From Pseudomonas aeruginosa (GTDB lineage: Bacteria > Pseudomonadota > Gammaproteobacteria > Pseudomonadales > Pseudomonadaceae): a stretch of DNA of 32,000 nucleotides. The stretch lies in the NCBI RefSeq assembly GCF_001457615.1, contig NZ_LN831024.1, forward strand, positions 5,670,001 through 5,702,000. The letters run 5' to 3'. The notes under the pieces are model-generated. The model was not told the origin of the DNA. It did no database searches and was given only the letters and a program-made list of their open reading frames with translations. Positions 17,575 to 28,145 of the stretch are shown here, one piece after another. Every line of letters starts with the position of its first letter. Position 1 is the stretch's first letter. The translations under genes and the position numbers were made by a program.

Positions 17575-19218
17575 GTGAGCGAACTCATTCGCGTACCCGA
17601 CATCGGCAACGGTGAGGGTGAAGTCATCGAGCTGCTGGTCAAGCCCGGCGACAAGGTCGAGGCCGATCAGAGCCTGCTGACCCTGGAATCCGACAAGGCC
17701 AGCATGGAAATCCCCAGTCCCAAGGCCGGGGTAGTGAAAAGCATCAAGGCGAAGGTCGGCGACACCTTGAAAGAAGGTGACGAAATCCTCGAGCTGGAAG
17801 TGGAAGGCGGCGAACAGCCTGCCGAAGCCAAGGCCGAGGCAGCGCCCGCCCAACCGGAAGCGCCGAAAGCCGAAGCGCCTGCTCCCGCCCCGAGCGAGAG
17901 CAAGCCGGCCGCCCCCGCCGCAGCCAGTGTCCAGGACATCAAGGTCCCGGACATCGGCTCGGCCGGCAAGGCCAACATCATCGAAGTGATGGTCAAGGCT
18001 GGCGACACGGTCGAGGCCGACCAGTCGCTGATCACCCTGGAATCCGACAAGGCCAGCATGGAGATCCCTTCGCCGGCCTCCGGCGTGGTGGAAAGCGTCT
18101 CGATCAAGGTCGGTGACGAAGTCGGCACCGGCGACCTGATCCTCAAGCTGAAGGTGGAAGGCGCCGCTCCGGCAGCCGAAGAGCAGCCGGCAGCCGCTCC
18201 GGCCCAGGCCGCGGCGCCCGCCGCCGAGCAGAAGCCCGCCGCGGCGGCCCCTGCGCCAGCCAAGGCCGATACCCCGGCTCCGGTCGGCGCACCCAGCCGC
18301 GACGGCGCCAAGGTCCACGCCGGCCCGGCGGTGCGCATGCTGGCGCGCGAGTTCGGCGTCGAGCTGAGCGAAGTGAAAGCCAGCGGTCCCAAGGGCCGCA
18401 TCCTCAAGGAAGACGTCCAGGTCTTCGTCAAGGAGCAACTGCAGCGCGCCAAGTCCGGCGGTGCCGGCGCCACCGGCGGAGCCGGCATCCCGCCGATCCC
18501 GGAAGTCGACTTCAGCAAGTTCGGCGAAGTGGAAGAAGTGGCGATGACCCGCCTGATGCAGGTCGGCGCCGCCAACCTGCATCGCAGCTGGCTGAACGTG
18601 CCGCACGTGACCCAGTTCGACCAGTCGGACATCACCGACATGGAAGCCTTCCGCGTTGCCCAGAAGGCCGCGGCGGAGAAGGCCGGGGTCAAGCTGACCG
18701 TACTGCCGATCCTGCTCAAGGCCTGCGCCCACCTGCTCAAGGAACTGCCGGACTTCAACAGTTCGCTGGCCCCCAGCGGCAAGGCGCTGATTCGCAAGAA
18801 GTACGTACACATCGGCTTCGCCGTGGACACTCCGGACGGCCTGCTGGTCCCGGTGATCCGCGATGTCGACCGGAAGAGCCTCCTGCAACTGGCCGCCGAG
18901 GCCGCCGAGCTGGCCGACAAGGCCCGCAACAAGAAGCTCTCGGCCGATGCCATGCAGGGCGCCTGCTTCACCATCTCCAGTCTCGGCCACATCGGCGGCA
19001 CCGGCTTCACGCCGATCGTCAACGCGCCGGAAGTGGCGATCCTCGGTGTGTCCAAGGCGACCATGCAGCCGGTATGGGACGGCAAGGCCTTCCAGCCGCG
19101 CCTGATGCTGCCGCTGTCGCTGTCCTACGACCATCGCGTGATCAACGGTGCCGCCGCGGCGCGCTTCACCAAGCGCCTGGGCGAGCTGCTGGCGGACATC
19201 CGCACCCTGCTCCTGTAA
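17575..19218 (+). CDS. aceF: Dihydrolipoyllysine-residue acetyltransferase (pyruvate dehydrogenase E2)
   Basis: 547 aa, GTG start with upstream AAGGAG; two lipoyl domains with ESDKASMEIPSP, Ala/Pro linkers, E3/E1-binding domain, C-terminal catalytic SLSYDHRVINGAAAARF. Confidence 0.95.
   Translation: MSELIRVPDIGNGEGEVIELLVKPGDKVEADQSLLTLESDKASMEIPSPKAGVVKSIKAKVGDTLKEGDEILELEVEGGEQPAEAKAEAAPAQPEAPKAEAPAPAPSESKPAAPAAASVQDIKVPDIGSAGKANIIEVMVKAGDTVEADQSLITLESDKASMEIPSPASGVVESVSIKVGDEVGTGDLILKLKVEGAAPAAEEQPAAAPAQAAAPAAEQKPAAAAPAPAKADTPAPVGAPSRDGAKVHAGPAVRMLAREFGVELSEVKASGPKGRILKEDVQVFVKEQLQRAKSGGAGATGGAGIPPIPEVDFSKFGEVEEVAMTRLMQVGAANLHRSWLNVPHVTQFDQSDITDMEAFRVAQKAAAEKAGVKLTVLPILLKACAHLLKELPDFNSSLAPSGKALIRKKYVHIGFAVDTPDGLLVPVIRDVDRKSLLQLAAEAAELADKARNKKLSADAMQGACFTISSLGHIGGTGFTPIVNAPEVAILGVSKATMQPVWDGKAFQPRLMLPLSLSYDHRVINGAAAARFTKRLGELLADIRTLLL
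17590..18165 (+). repeat. Intragenic tandem duplication encoding the two AceF lipoyl domains
   Basis: Copy 1 around 17590-17810 and copy 2 around 17940-18165; both encode VEADQSLxTLESDKASMEIPSP, separated by an Ala/Pro-rich linker. Confidence 0.8.
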
Positions 19219-19281
19219 TACCTGCGCCGCTCCCCACGGAGCGGCCAGCCCCTCTCGCGAGCATGCCACGCTCGTCTCTCG

Positions 19282-19308
19282 GCCCCACCGGATGGTGGGG
19301 CTTTTTTT
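19282..19308 (+). terminator. Rho-independent terminator after aceF
   Basis: GCCCCACC-GGAT-GGTGGGGC followed by TTTTTTT. Confidence 0.93.
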
Positions 19309-19635
19309 GCCCGCCTGACGGCTCGGCGAAACTGCGTCCCGTCGTACCGCCAGCGAATGCCACAGGACCCGCAGGCGCGAGTTCGGCGCGCACGATGACA
19401 GGCGCTCGACGCCAACCCTCCCGGCGAAGCCAACCCTACGAAAAACAGGGCTTTTCCAGCGGCACCGCAGACCTCCGACCGTCCAGCGGTTTTTTCCCGG
19501 ATACGCTTAACTTGGGCCCTGCCGGGCCGATACAGAGTTACTTGTCAGACCAATCGGCATAATGCACCCTTTGCCTGCACCCCATCGAAACGGGTCGAGG
19601 CCTCCCCCTCGCTCAGTACCTGGAATCAGCCTCGC

Positions 19636-22334
19636 ATGAAAAGTCATCCCGATGCCGCCAGCCGTTCGGCGGCCGAGGTTGTCACGCAGCTACCCGTGCC
19701 GTCGCGGCTCGGGCTGCTGCGTTTCGAGCGGCTGAACGAGCCGAGCTGGGCACTGCTGTTCCTCGATCCTGCCTGCGAGCGCCAGTCGGGCTGCCGGCGA
19801 CTACCCTCTGCGCACTGCTCGATGCGCCTTACGCCAGCCTGATGGAACCCGAGGCCCGCCACCGCCTGCACGAGCAGATCCAGCAGCAACTGGTGAAGCG
19901 CCCGCACTACCAGGTGAGCTACAAGCTGCACACACCCAACGGCGTGCTGACCATGCTGGAGTTCGGCGAAGCCTTCCAGCAGCATGGCCGCCAGTTGCTG
20001 CACGGCTACCTGATGGTCGAGGAGCGAGCGGAGAGCGCCGAGCGCAGCGAACAGTTGCTCGACCTGGAATCGCAGAACCTGCGCCTGAAGGCGTCCCTGG
20101 ACCTCTACCAGCGCTCCCAGGACGACCACCTGCAACACCTGCTGCGCTCGCGCACCCAGCAGAACCTGATCGTCCGCCTGGCCCGCCATCGCTACCTGTC
20201 CAGCGACCCGCTGCTGGAGGCTGCGCAACTGATCACCCAGGCCGCCTGCGAAGCCTACGGCACCGCGCGAGCCGGCATCTGGCGGCTGCTCGACGACCAG
20301 CGCCTGGAAGCGGTGACCGTCTACCGCCGCGACCTCGACCAGTACGAGAAGCCCCAGAGCATCGACGCCAGCCGCTACCCCGCCTACCTCGAGGCGGTAC
20401 ACAGCGGGCGCGCCATCGACGCCCACAACGCCCAGCGCGACCCACGCACCCAGGAACTCTACAAGGACTACCTGAAGCCGCTGGGCGTCAACGCCCTGCT
20501 CGACGCCACCATCCGCATCGGCGGCGAGGTGGTCGGCGTGCTGTGCCTGGAACACGCCGGCGAGAACCGCATGTGGCAGAGCGACGAGATCGCCTTCGCC
20601 GGGGAACTCGCCGACCAGTACGCGCAGGTCCTGATGAACCACGAGCGACGCAATGTCTCCAGCGCCCTGCACCTGTTCCAGCGCGCGGTGGAACAGAGCG
20701 CCAGCGCCTTCCTGCTGATCGACCGCGACGGCGTGGTGGAATACGTCAATCCGAGCTTCACCTCGATCACCCAGTACAGCGCCGACGAAGTGCGTAACCG
20801 ACGCCTGTCCGAGCTTCCGGCGCTGGAGAACCTCAGCGAGCTGCTGTTCGACGCGCGTTCCGCGCTGACCCAGCAGAACAGCTGGCAGGGCGAGTTCCGC
20901 AGCCGCCGCAAGAACCACGAGCCTTACTGGGGCCAGTTGTCGCTGTCGAAGGTCTACGACGATCTCGGCGAGCTGACCCACTACATCGGCATCTACGAAG
21001 ACATCACGCAGAACAAGCTGGCCCAGCAGCACATCGAGAAACTCGCCTACCGCGACAACCTCACCGGCCTGGCCAACCGGCACTATTTCATCGGCGCCCT
21101 CGAGGAACGCCTGGAAAGCAGCGGCGACCGCCCGCTCAGCCTGCTGCTGGTGGACATCGACAACTTCAAGCGGATCAATGACAGCCTCGGCCACCAGACC
21201 GGCGACAAGCTGCTGGTCAGCCTGGCCCGGCGCTTGCGCAGTTGCCTCGGCGACGGCGCCACCCTGGCGCGCTTCGCCAGCAACGAGTTCGCCGTGCTGC
21301 TCGACGACACCGCGGTGGAAAAGGGCGAAAGCATTGCCGCGCAGGTCCTGCACATGCTCGACAAGCCGCTGTTCGTCGACAACCAGTTGATCAACATCAC
21401 CGGCTCCATCGGCCTGGCCAGCGCCCCGCAGCACGGCTGCGACCCGCAGACCCTGATGAAGTACGCCGGCCTGGCGCTGCACAAGGCCAAGGCCAACGGC
21501 AAGCACCAGGTCCAGGTGTTCACCGAGGCGCTGACCGCCGAGGCCAGCTACAAGCTGTTCGTCGAGAGCAACTTGCGCCGCGCCCTGGCGCAGAACGAAC
21601 TGGCGGTGCACTACCAGCCCAAGCTGTGCCTGCGCAGCGGCCAGTTGCTCGGCCTGGAAGCCCTGCTGCGCTGGCAGCATCCGGAAAAAGGCATGATCCG
21701 CCCGGACCGCTTCATCAGCGTGGCCGAGGAAACCGGGCTGATCGTGCCGATCGGCAAGTGGGTGATCCGCGAAGCCTGTCGCCAGGCCCGCGAGCTGGCC
21801 GAGGCCGGGCTGGGCGAGCTGCAGATCGCCATCAACCTGTCGCCCAAGCAGTTCACCGACCCGGACCTGGTCGGCTCGATCGCGGCGATCCTCCACGAAG
21901 AGAACATCCCGGCCAGCCAGCTGGAACTGGAGCTCACCGAAAGCCTGCTGCTGGACGCCACCGACGATACCCGCCAGCAACTCGAACGCCTGAAGAGCCT
22001 CGGCCTGACCCTGGCGATGGACGACTTCGGCACCGGCTACTCGTCACTGAGCTACCTGAAGAAATTCCCCATCGACGTGATCAAGATCGACCGCAGCTTC
22101 ATCAAGGACATCCCGGACAGCCAGGACGACATGGAAATCACCTCGGCGGTGATCGCCATGGCCCACAACCTCAAGCTCAAGGTAGTCGCCGAAGGCGTGG
22201 AGAGCGCCGAGCAACTGGCCTTCCTCCGGCGCAACCGCTGCGACATCGGCCAGGGCTACCTGTTCGACCGGCCGATCCCCAGCGACCTGCTCAATACCAG
22301 TCTGCTGCGCTATCCTTGCCGCACCCTGCACTGA
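19636..22334 (+). CDS. dipA: GAF-PAS-GGDEF-EAL c-di-GMP phosphodiesterase (DipA-like), apparently frameshifted near codon 50
   Basis: 19636..19842 encodes MKSHPDAASRSAAEVVTQLPVPSRLGLLRFERLNEPSWALLFLDPACERQ then leaves frame; 19842..22334 (830 aa) encodes the GAF, PAS, degenerate GGDEF (ASNEF) and EAL (EALLRW; DDFGTGYSSLSYL) regions. Adding one base near 19786 joins them into 899 aa, the length I recall for PAO1 PA5017. The intact part is the 830 aa ORF. Confidence 0.75.
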
Positions 22335-22427
22335 TCGCCCAGGCCTCCCCCGCCGGCGCGGAAAGGCTGTACTCTCTGTGCTCATCCGCGAGTCATTCGC
22401 CTACCCCCTGAGCAGGAGACGAGAGCC

Positions 22428-23075
22428 ATGGTTCTGCGTTCTGAAATCCTCACCAAGAAAAGCGAGCTGCCCACGCCGGACCAGGCCCTGCCGGGTCGCG
22501 AAAGCGCCATGCCGGTGCCCGAAGCGCACTTCGTCAACGGCCGCCCGCTGACCGCGCCGTTCCCCGCCGGCCTGCAACAGGTGCTGTTCGGCATGGGCTG
22601 CTTCTGGGGCGCCGAGCGTCGCCTCTGGCAGCAACCGGGTGTCTGGGTGACCGCGGTGGGTTATGCCGGCGGCTACACGCCGAACCCGACCTACGACGAA
22701 GTCTGCTCCGGCCTGACCGGCCACAGCGAGGTCGTGCTGGTGGTCTACAACCCGCAGGAGACCAGCTTCGAACAGCTGCTCAAGGTATTCTGGGAAGCCC
22801 ACGATCCGACCCAGGGCATGCGCCAGGGCGGCGACATCGGCACCCAGTACCGCTCGGTGATCTACACCTTCGACGCGGCCCAGAAAGCCGCGGCCATGGC
22901 CAGCCGGGAGAGCTTCCAAGCCGAACTGGCGAAAGCCGGCTACGACCGCATCACCACCGAGATCGCCGACGTCCCGCCCTTCTACTACGCCGAGGCCTAC
23001 CACCAGCAGTACCTGGCGAAGAACCCCAACGGCTACTGCGGCCTGGGCGGCACCGGGGTGTGCCTGCCGGCCTGA
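22428..23075 (+). CDS. msrA: Peptide methionine sulfoxide reductase A
   Basis: 215 aa; [19 protein letters not shown] (GCFWG active site), [37 protein letters not shown]. Confidence 0.95.
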   Translation: MVLRSEILTKKSELPTPDQALPGRESAMPVPEAHFVNGRPLTAPFPAGLQQVLFGMGCFWGAERRLWQQPGVWVTAVGYAGGYTPNPTYDEVCSGLTGHSEVVLVVYNPQETSFEQLLKVFWEAHDPTQGMRQGGDIGTQYRSVIYTFDAAQKAAAMASRESFQAELAKAGYDRITTEIADVPPFYYAEAYHQQYLAKNPNGYCGLGGTGVCLPA

Positions 23076-23078
23076 CGA

Positions 23079-23915
23079 CTATTCCGCCACCAGCCAGTCG
23101 AGACGCCAGCCGCCCTGGCTCTGGGCCATGACCTCGGCCAGCCAGGGCAGCAGGTCGCGCAGTTCGTCCTCCAGCGGCCACGGCGGATTGACGATGGCCA
23201 GCCCGGAGCCGTTGAAACGCTCGGCGTCGTCGATCGGATGCACGTGCAGCTCGGCACGCAGCAGCTTCGGCGCGACGCTACGTTCCAGGGCCTGGTAGAA
23301 ACGCTTGAGCTGGCGCTCGTCCTTGATCGGATACCAGATCACCACCACCGTCTGGCGCATCCGCCCGATCGCCTCGTCGAGCGCAGCGACACAACGCTGC
23401 AATTCGTCGGCCTGCTCGAACGGCGGATCGATCAGCAGCACCGCGCGCTTTTCCGGCGCCGGCAGGAACGCCCGCGGCAGCAGCCAACCGTCGCCCTGGT
23501 GCACGGCGACCCGCCGTTCGCCAGCCATGTTGGCCTTGAGCAGGCGGCCGTCCTCGGGATGCAGTTCGTTGAGCAGCACGCGGTCCTGGGCGCGGGTCAG
23601 GCGCCGCGCCAGTTCCGGCGAGCCCGGGTAGTAGCGCAGGGAGCCGTCCGGATTCAGGTGACGGATCACGTCCAGGTAATCGTCCAGTTGCTCGGGCAGG
23701 CCTTCGCGCTCCCACAGGCGGGCGATGCCCTGCTCCCACTCGCCGGTGCGGCTGGCCTCGTCACCCTGCAGGTCGTAGAGGCCGACCCCGGAATGGCTGT
23801 CCAGGTAGGCGTACGGCGTGTCCTTGCGCCCCAGCAGGGCGAAGATCCGCGCCAGCACCAGGTGCTTGAAGACATCGGCATGGTTGCCGGCGTGGTAAGC
23901 GTGACGATAATTCAT
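23079..23915 (-). CDS. rlmJ: 23S rRNA (adenine-2030-N6)-methyltransferase RlmJ
   Basis: 278 aa from in-frame MNYRHAYHAGNHADVFKHLVL; YLDSHSGVGLYDL, VLLIDPPFE, VVVIWYPIK. Track ORF 23079..24098 is over-extended. Confidence 0.9.
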   Translation of the reverse strand: MNYRHAYHAGNHADVFKHLVLARIFALLGRKDTPYAYLDSHSGVGLYDLQGDEASRTGEWEQGIARLWEREGLPEQLDDYLDVIRHLNPDGSLRYYPGSPELARRLTRAQDRVLLNELHPEDGRLLKANMAGERRVAVHQGDGWLLPRAFLPAPEKRAVLLIDPPFEQADELQRCVAALDEAIGRMRQTVVVIWYPIKDERQLKRFYQALERSVAPKLLRAELHVHPIDDAERFNGSGLAIVNPPWPLEDELRDLLPWLAEVMAQSQGGWRLDWLVAE

Positions 23916-24216
23916 GATGACTGCTCCTTGGACAGCGCCAGGCAGCGCTGCTAGCCGGACCGCCCGGCCCCGGCGGATTCGCGCCGACCCCGCGTCGGCA
24001 CAGGCCCTCGCCCATGGGCGAGGGGCGCGGATTCTACCAGCCTCCCGAGGCTTCGGCAGCGGTCTCGCCGTCGCAGGTTTGGCCCTTGTATCACGCATAT
24101 CGATGTTGGTTGGCGACCTTCATTCACCAGCCTAGACTCGCTGGCACCCTGGCACCGCCTGCGACGGTCGATGCCTTCGCCGCGCCGCCCCACGATCCCC
24201 TTTCGCCGAGGTCGTC

Positions 24217-26019
24217 ATGTCCGAAACCCTGCTCAGTTCCCGCAACCTAGCGTTCGAGCTGTACGAAGTCCTCGATGCCGAAGCCCTGACCCAGCGCCCG
24301 CGCTTCGCCGAACATAGCCGCGAAACCTTCGATGCCGCCCTCGGCACCGCGCGGAGCCTGGCGGAAAAGCTGTTCGCCCCGCACAACCGCAAGGGCGACG
24401 AACACGAGCCGCTCTATGAGAATGGCTCAGCCACGCTGATTCCGGAAGTGAAGCCGGCAGTGGATGCCTTCCTCGACGCCGGCTTCCTCAACGCCACCCG
24501 CAGCTTCGAGCAAGGCGGCATGCAGTTGCCGACCCTGCTGTCGCAGGCCTGCTTCGCCCACTTCCAGGCGGCCAACGTCGGTAGCTCGGCCTATCCGTTC
24601 CTGACCATGGGTGCCGCCAACCTGATCGAGAGCTTCGGCAGCGAGGAGCAGAAGCAGCGCTTCCTGCAACCGATGATCGAGGGCCGCTTCTTCGGCACCA
24701 TGGCCCTCACCGAACCGCACGCCGGCTCCTCCCTCTCCGACATCCGCACCCGCGCCGAACCGGCCGCCGACGGCAGCTATCGGATCAAGGGCAACAAGAT
24801 CTTCATTTCCGGCGGCGACCACCCGCTCTCCGAGAACATCGTGCATATGGTCCTGGCCAAGCTGCCGGATGCACCGCCGGGGGTGAAAGGCATCTCGCTG
24901 TTCATCGTGCCGAAGTTCCTGGTCAACGCCGACGGCAGCCTCGGGCCGCGCAACGACGTGATCCTCGCCGGCCTGTTCCACAAGATGGGTTATCGCGGCA
25001 CCACCTCCACCGCGCTGAACTTCGGCGACAACGGCGCCTGCGTCGGCTACCTGGTGGGCAAGCCGCACCACGGCCTGGCCTACATGTTCCAGATGATGAA
25101 CGAGGCGCGCATCGGCGTCGGCATGGGCGCGGTGATGCTTGGCTATGCCGGTTACCTCTATTCGCTGGAGTACGCCCGCGAACGCCCGCAGGGCCGCCTG
25201 CCGGACGGCAAGGACCCGAGCGCGCCACAGGTGGCGATCATCCGCCACGCCGACGTGCGGCGCATGCTGCTGACCCAGAAGGCCTATGTCGAAGGCGCCT
25301 TCGACCTGGGCCTGTACGCCGCGCGCCTGTTCGACGACAGCCAGACCCTGGAAGACGACGAACAGCGCCGCCAGGCCCACGACCTGCTCGACCTGCTGAC
25401 CCCGATCGTCAAGTCCTGGCCCTCGGAGTTCTGCCTGAAGGCCAACGAGCTGGCGATCCAGATCCTCGGCGGCCACGGCTACACCCGCGAATACCCGGTG
25501 GAACAGTACTACCGCGACAATCGCCTGAACCCGATCCACGAAGGCACCCACGGCATCCAGTCCCTCGACCTGCTGGGACGCAAGGTCGGGCAGAACAATG
25601 GCGCCGGCCTGCGCCAGCTGACCCGCCTGATCCAGGACGCCTGCCGGCGCGCCGAAGCCCACCCATCCCTGGTCGCCCTGCGCCAGCCGCTGGAACGGCT
25701 GGTGGCGCGGCTGTCCGAGGTGACCCTGGCACTGCTCGGCGACCTGATGCAGGGCCAGGTCAACCAGGGCCTGGCCAACTCGGCGCTGTACCTGAAAGTG
25801 TTCGGCCATGCGGTGATCGGCTGGCGCTGGCTGGAGCAGGCGATCCGCGCCGAGGAAGGGCTGGCTCGCGGCGACTGCGCCGACGCCGACTTCTATCGCG
25901 GCAAGTTGCAGGCCGCACGCTACTTCCTGACCTGGGAAGTGCCTGGCTGCCACCACGAACTGGCGCTGCTGGAGGCCCGCGACGACGTGTGTTCGAGCAT
26001 GCAGGAAGAATGGTTCTGA
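24217..26019 (+). CDS. Acyl-CoA dehydrogenase (about 600 aa subfamily)
   Basis: 600 aa; FFGTMALTEPHAGSSLSDIRTRAEP, FHKMGYRGTTSTALNFGD, QILGGHGYTREYPVEQYYRDNRLNPIHEGTHGIQ. Confidence 0.93.
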   Translation: MSETLLSSRNLAFELYEVLDAEALTQRPRFAEHSRETFDAALGTARSLAEKLFAPHNRKGDEHEPLYENGSATLIPEVKPAVDAFLDAGFLNATRSFEQGGMQLPTLLSQACFAHFQAANVGSSAYPFLTMGAANLIESFGSEEQKQRFLQPMIEGRFFGTMALTEPHAGSSLSDIRTRAEPAADGSYRIKGNKIFISGGDHPLSENIVHMVLAKLPDAPPGVKGISLFIVPKFLVNADGSLGPRNDVILAGLFHKMGYRGTTSTALNFGDNGACVGYLVGKPHHGLAYMFQMMNEARIGVGMGAVMLGYAGYLYSLEYARERPQGRLPDGKDPSAPQVAIIRHADVRRMLLTQKAYVEGAFDLGLYAARLFDDSQTLEDDEQRRQAHDLLDLLTPIVKSWPSEFCLKANELAIQILGGHGYTREYPVEQYYRDNRLNPIHEGTHGIQSLDLLGRKVGQNNGAGLRQLTRLIQDACRRAEAHPSLVALRQPLERLVARLSEVTLALLGDLMQGQVNQGLANSALYLKVFGHAVIGWRWLEQAIRAEEGLARGDCADADFYRGKLQAARYFLTWEVPGCHHELALLEARDDVCSSMQEEWF

Positions 26020-26037
26020 TCCTGCCTGCCCTTTCCC

Positions 26038-26063
26038 GCCCCGGTCACGTCCGGGGCTTTTTT
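26038..26063 (+). terminator. Rho-independent terminator after the acyl-CoA dehydrogenase gene
   Basis: GCCCCGG-TCACGT-CCGGGGC followed by TTTTTT. Confidence 0.92.
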
Positions 26064-26239
26064 ATGTCCGGGCATGGACGCCGGGTTGCCGTTGCCTGGC
26101 GGCCACGCCGGCGAGTCCGCGCGCACTCGCCCGGACAACGCGAAAGCCTTGGAATTCCTTCGAAAAAAACCGCAGCCGCCCCTTTACAGTCCGCCAAATC
26201 CGCAGGTTAGAATCACTTGGCATGCGGCCTGCATCCTGT

Positions 26240-26260
26240 CTACGTAATTCCCCTACGTAA
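26240..26260 (+). promoter_or_regulatory. Direct repeat TACGTAA-N6-TACGTAA upstream of the antiporter gene
   Basis: cTACGTAAttccccTACGTAAaa, 13-nt period, about 50 nt before the TTG start. Confidence 0.4.
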
Positions 26261-26311
26261 AACCGACCCGTAGCGTCGCCTTCCCCCTGTCCCGCCGCGA
26301 GGAGGCCGACC

Positions 26312-28054
<1,743 letters not shown>

Positions 28055-28073
28055 TTTCCTGTCGAATTCCCGT

Positions 28074-28099
28074 TCCGAGGCGCCTTGCGGCGCCTCGGA
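28074..28099. terminator. Perfect 11-bp hairpin downstream of the antiporter gene, no T-tract
   Basis: TCCGAGGCGCC-TTGC-GGCGCCTCGGA. Confidence 0.4.
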
Positions 28100-28145
28100 G
28101 CCACCACTAACCTGCATTCACCCTTCTTCGAGTCTCTTCTCGACC

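Noticed and set aside
17590-18165. Duplicated DNA as a possible mobile or regulatory repeat
   Set aside because: It is explained by the two lipoyl domains of AceF.
17500-19269. 589 aa minus-strand ORF opposite aceF, with glycine-rich tail
   Set aside because: The glycine/arginine repeats mirror the Ala/Pro linkers of aceF on the other strand.
19074-19562. 162 aa plus-strand ORF spanning the aceF end and terminator
   Set aside because: Out of frame with aceF, runs through a strong intrinsic terminator, no RBS or conserved motif.
19644-21980. 778 aa minus-strand ORF across the dipA-like gene
   Set aside because: Antisense to motif-bearing GGDEF/EAL coding sequence; no support of its own.
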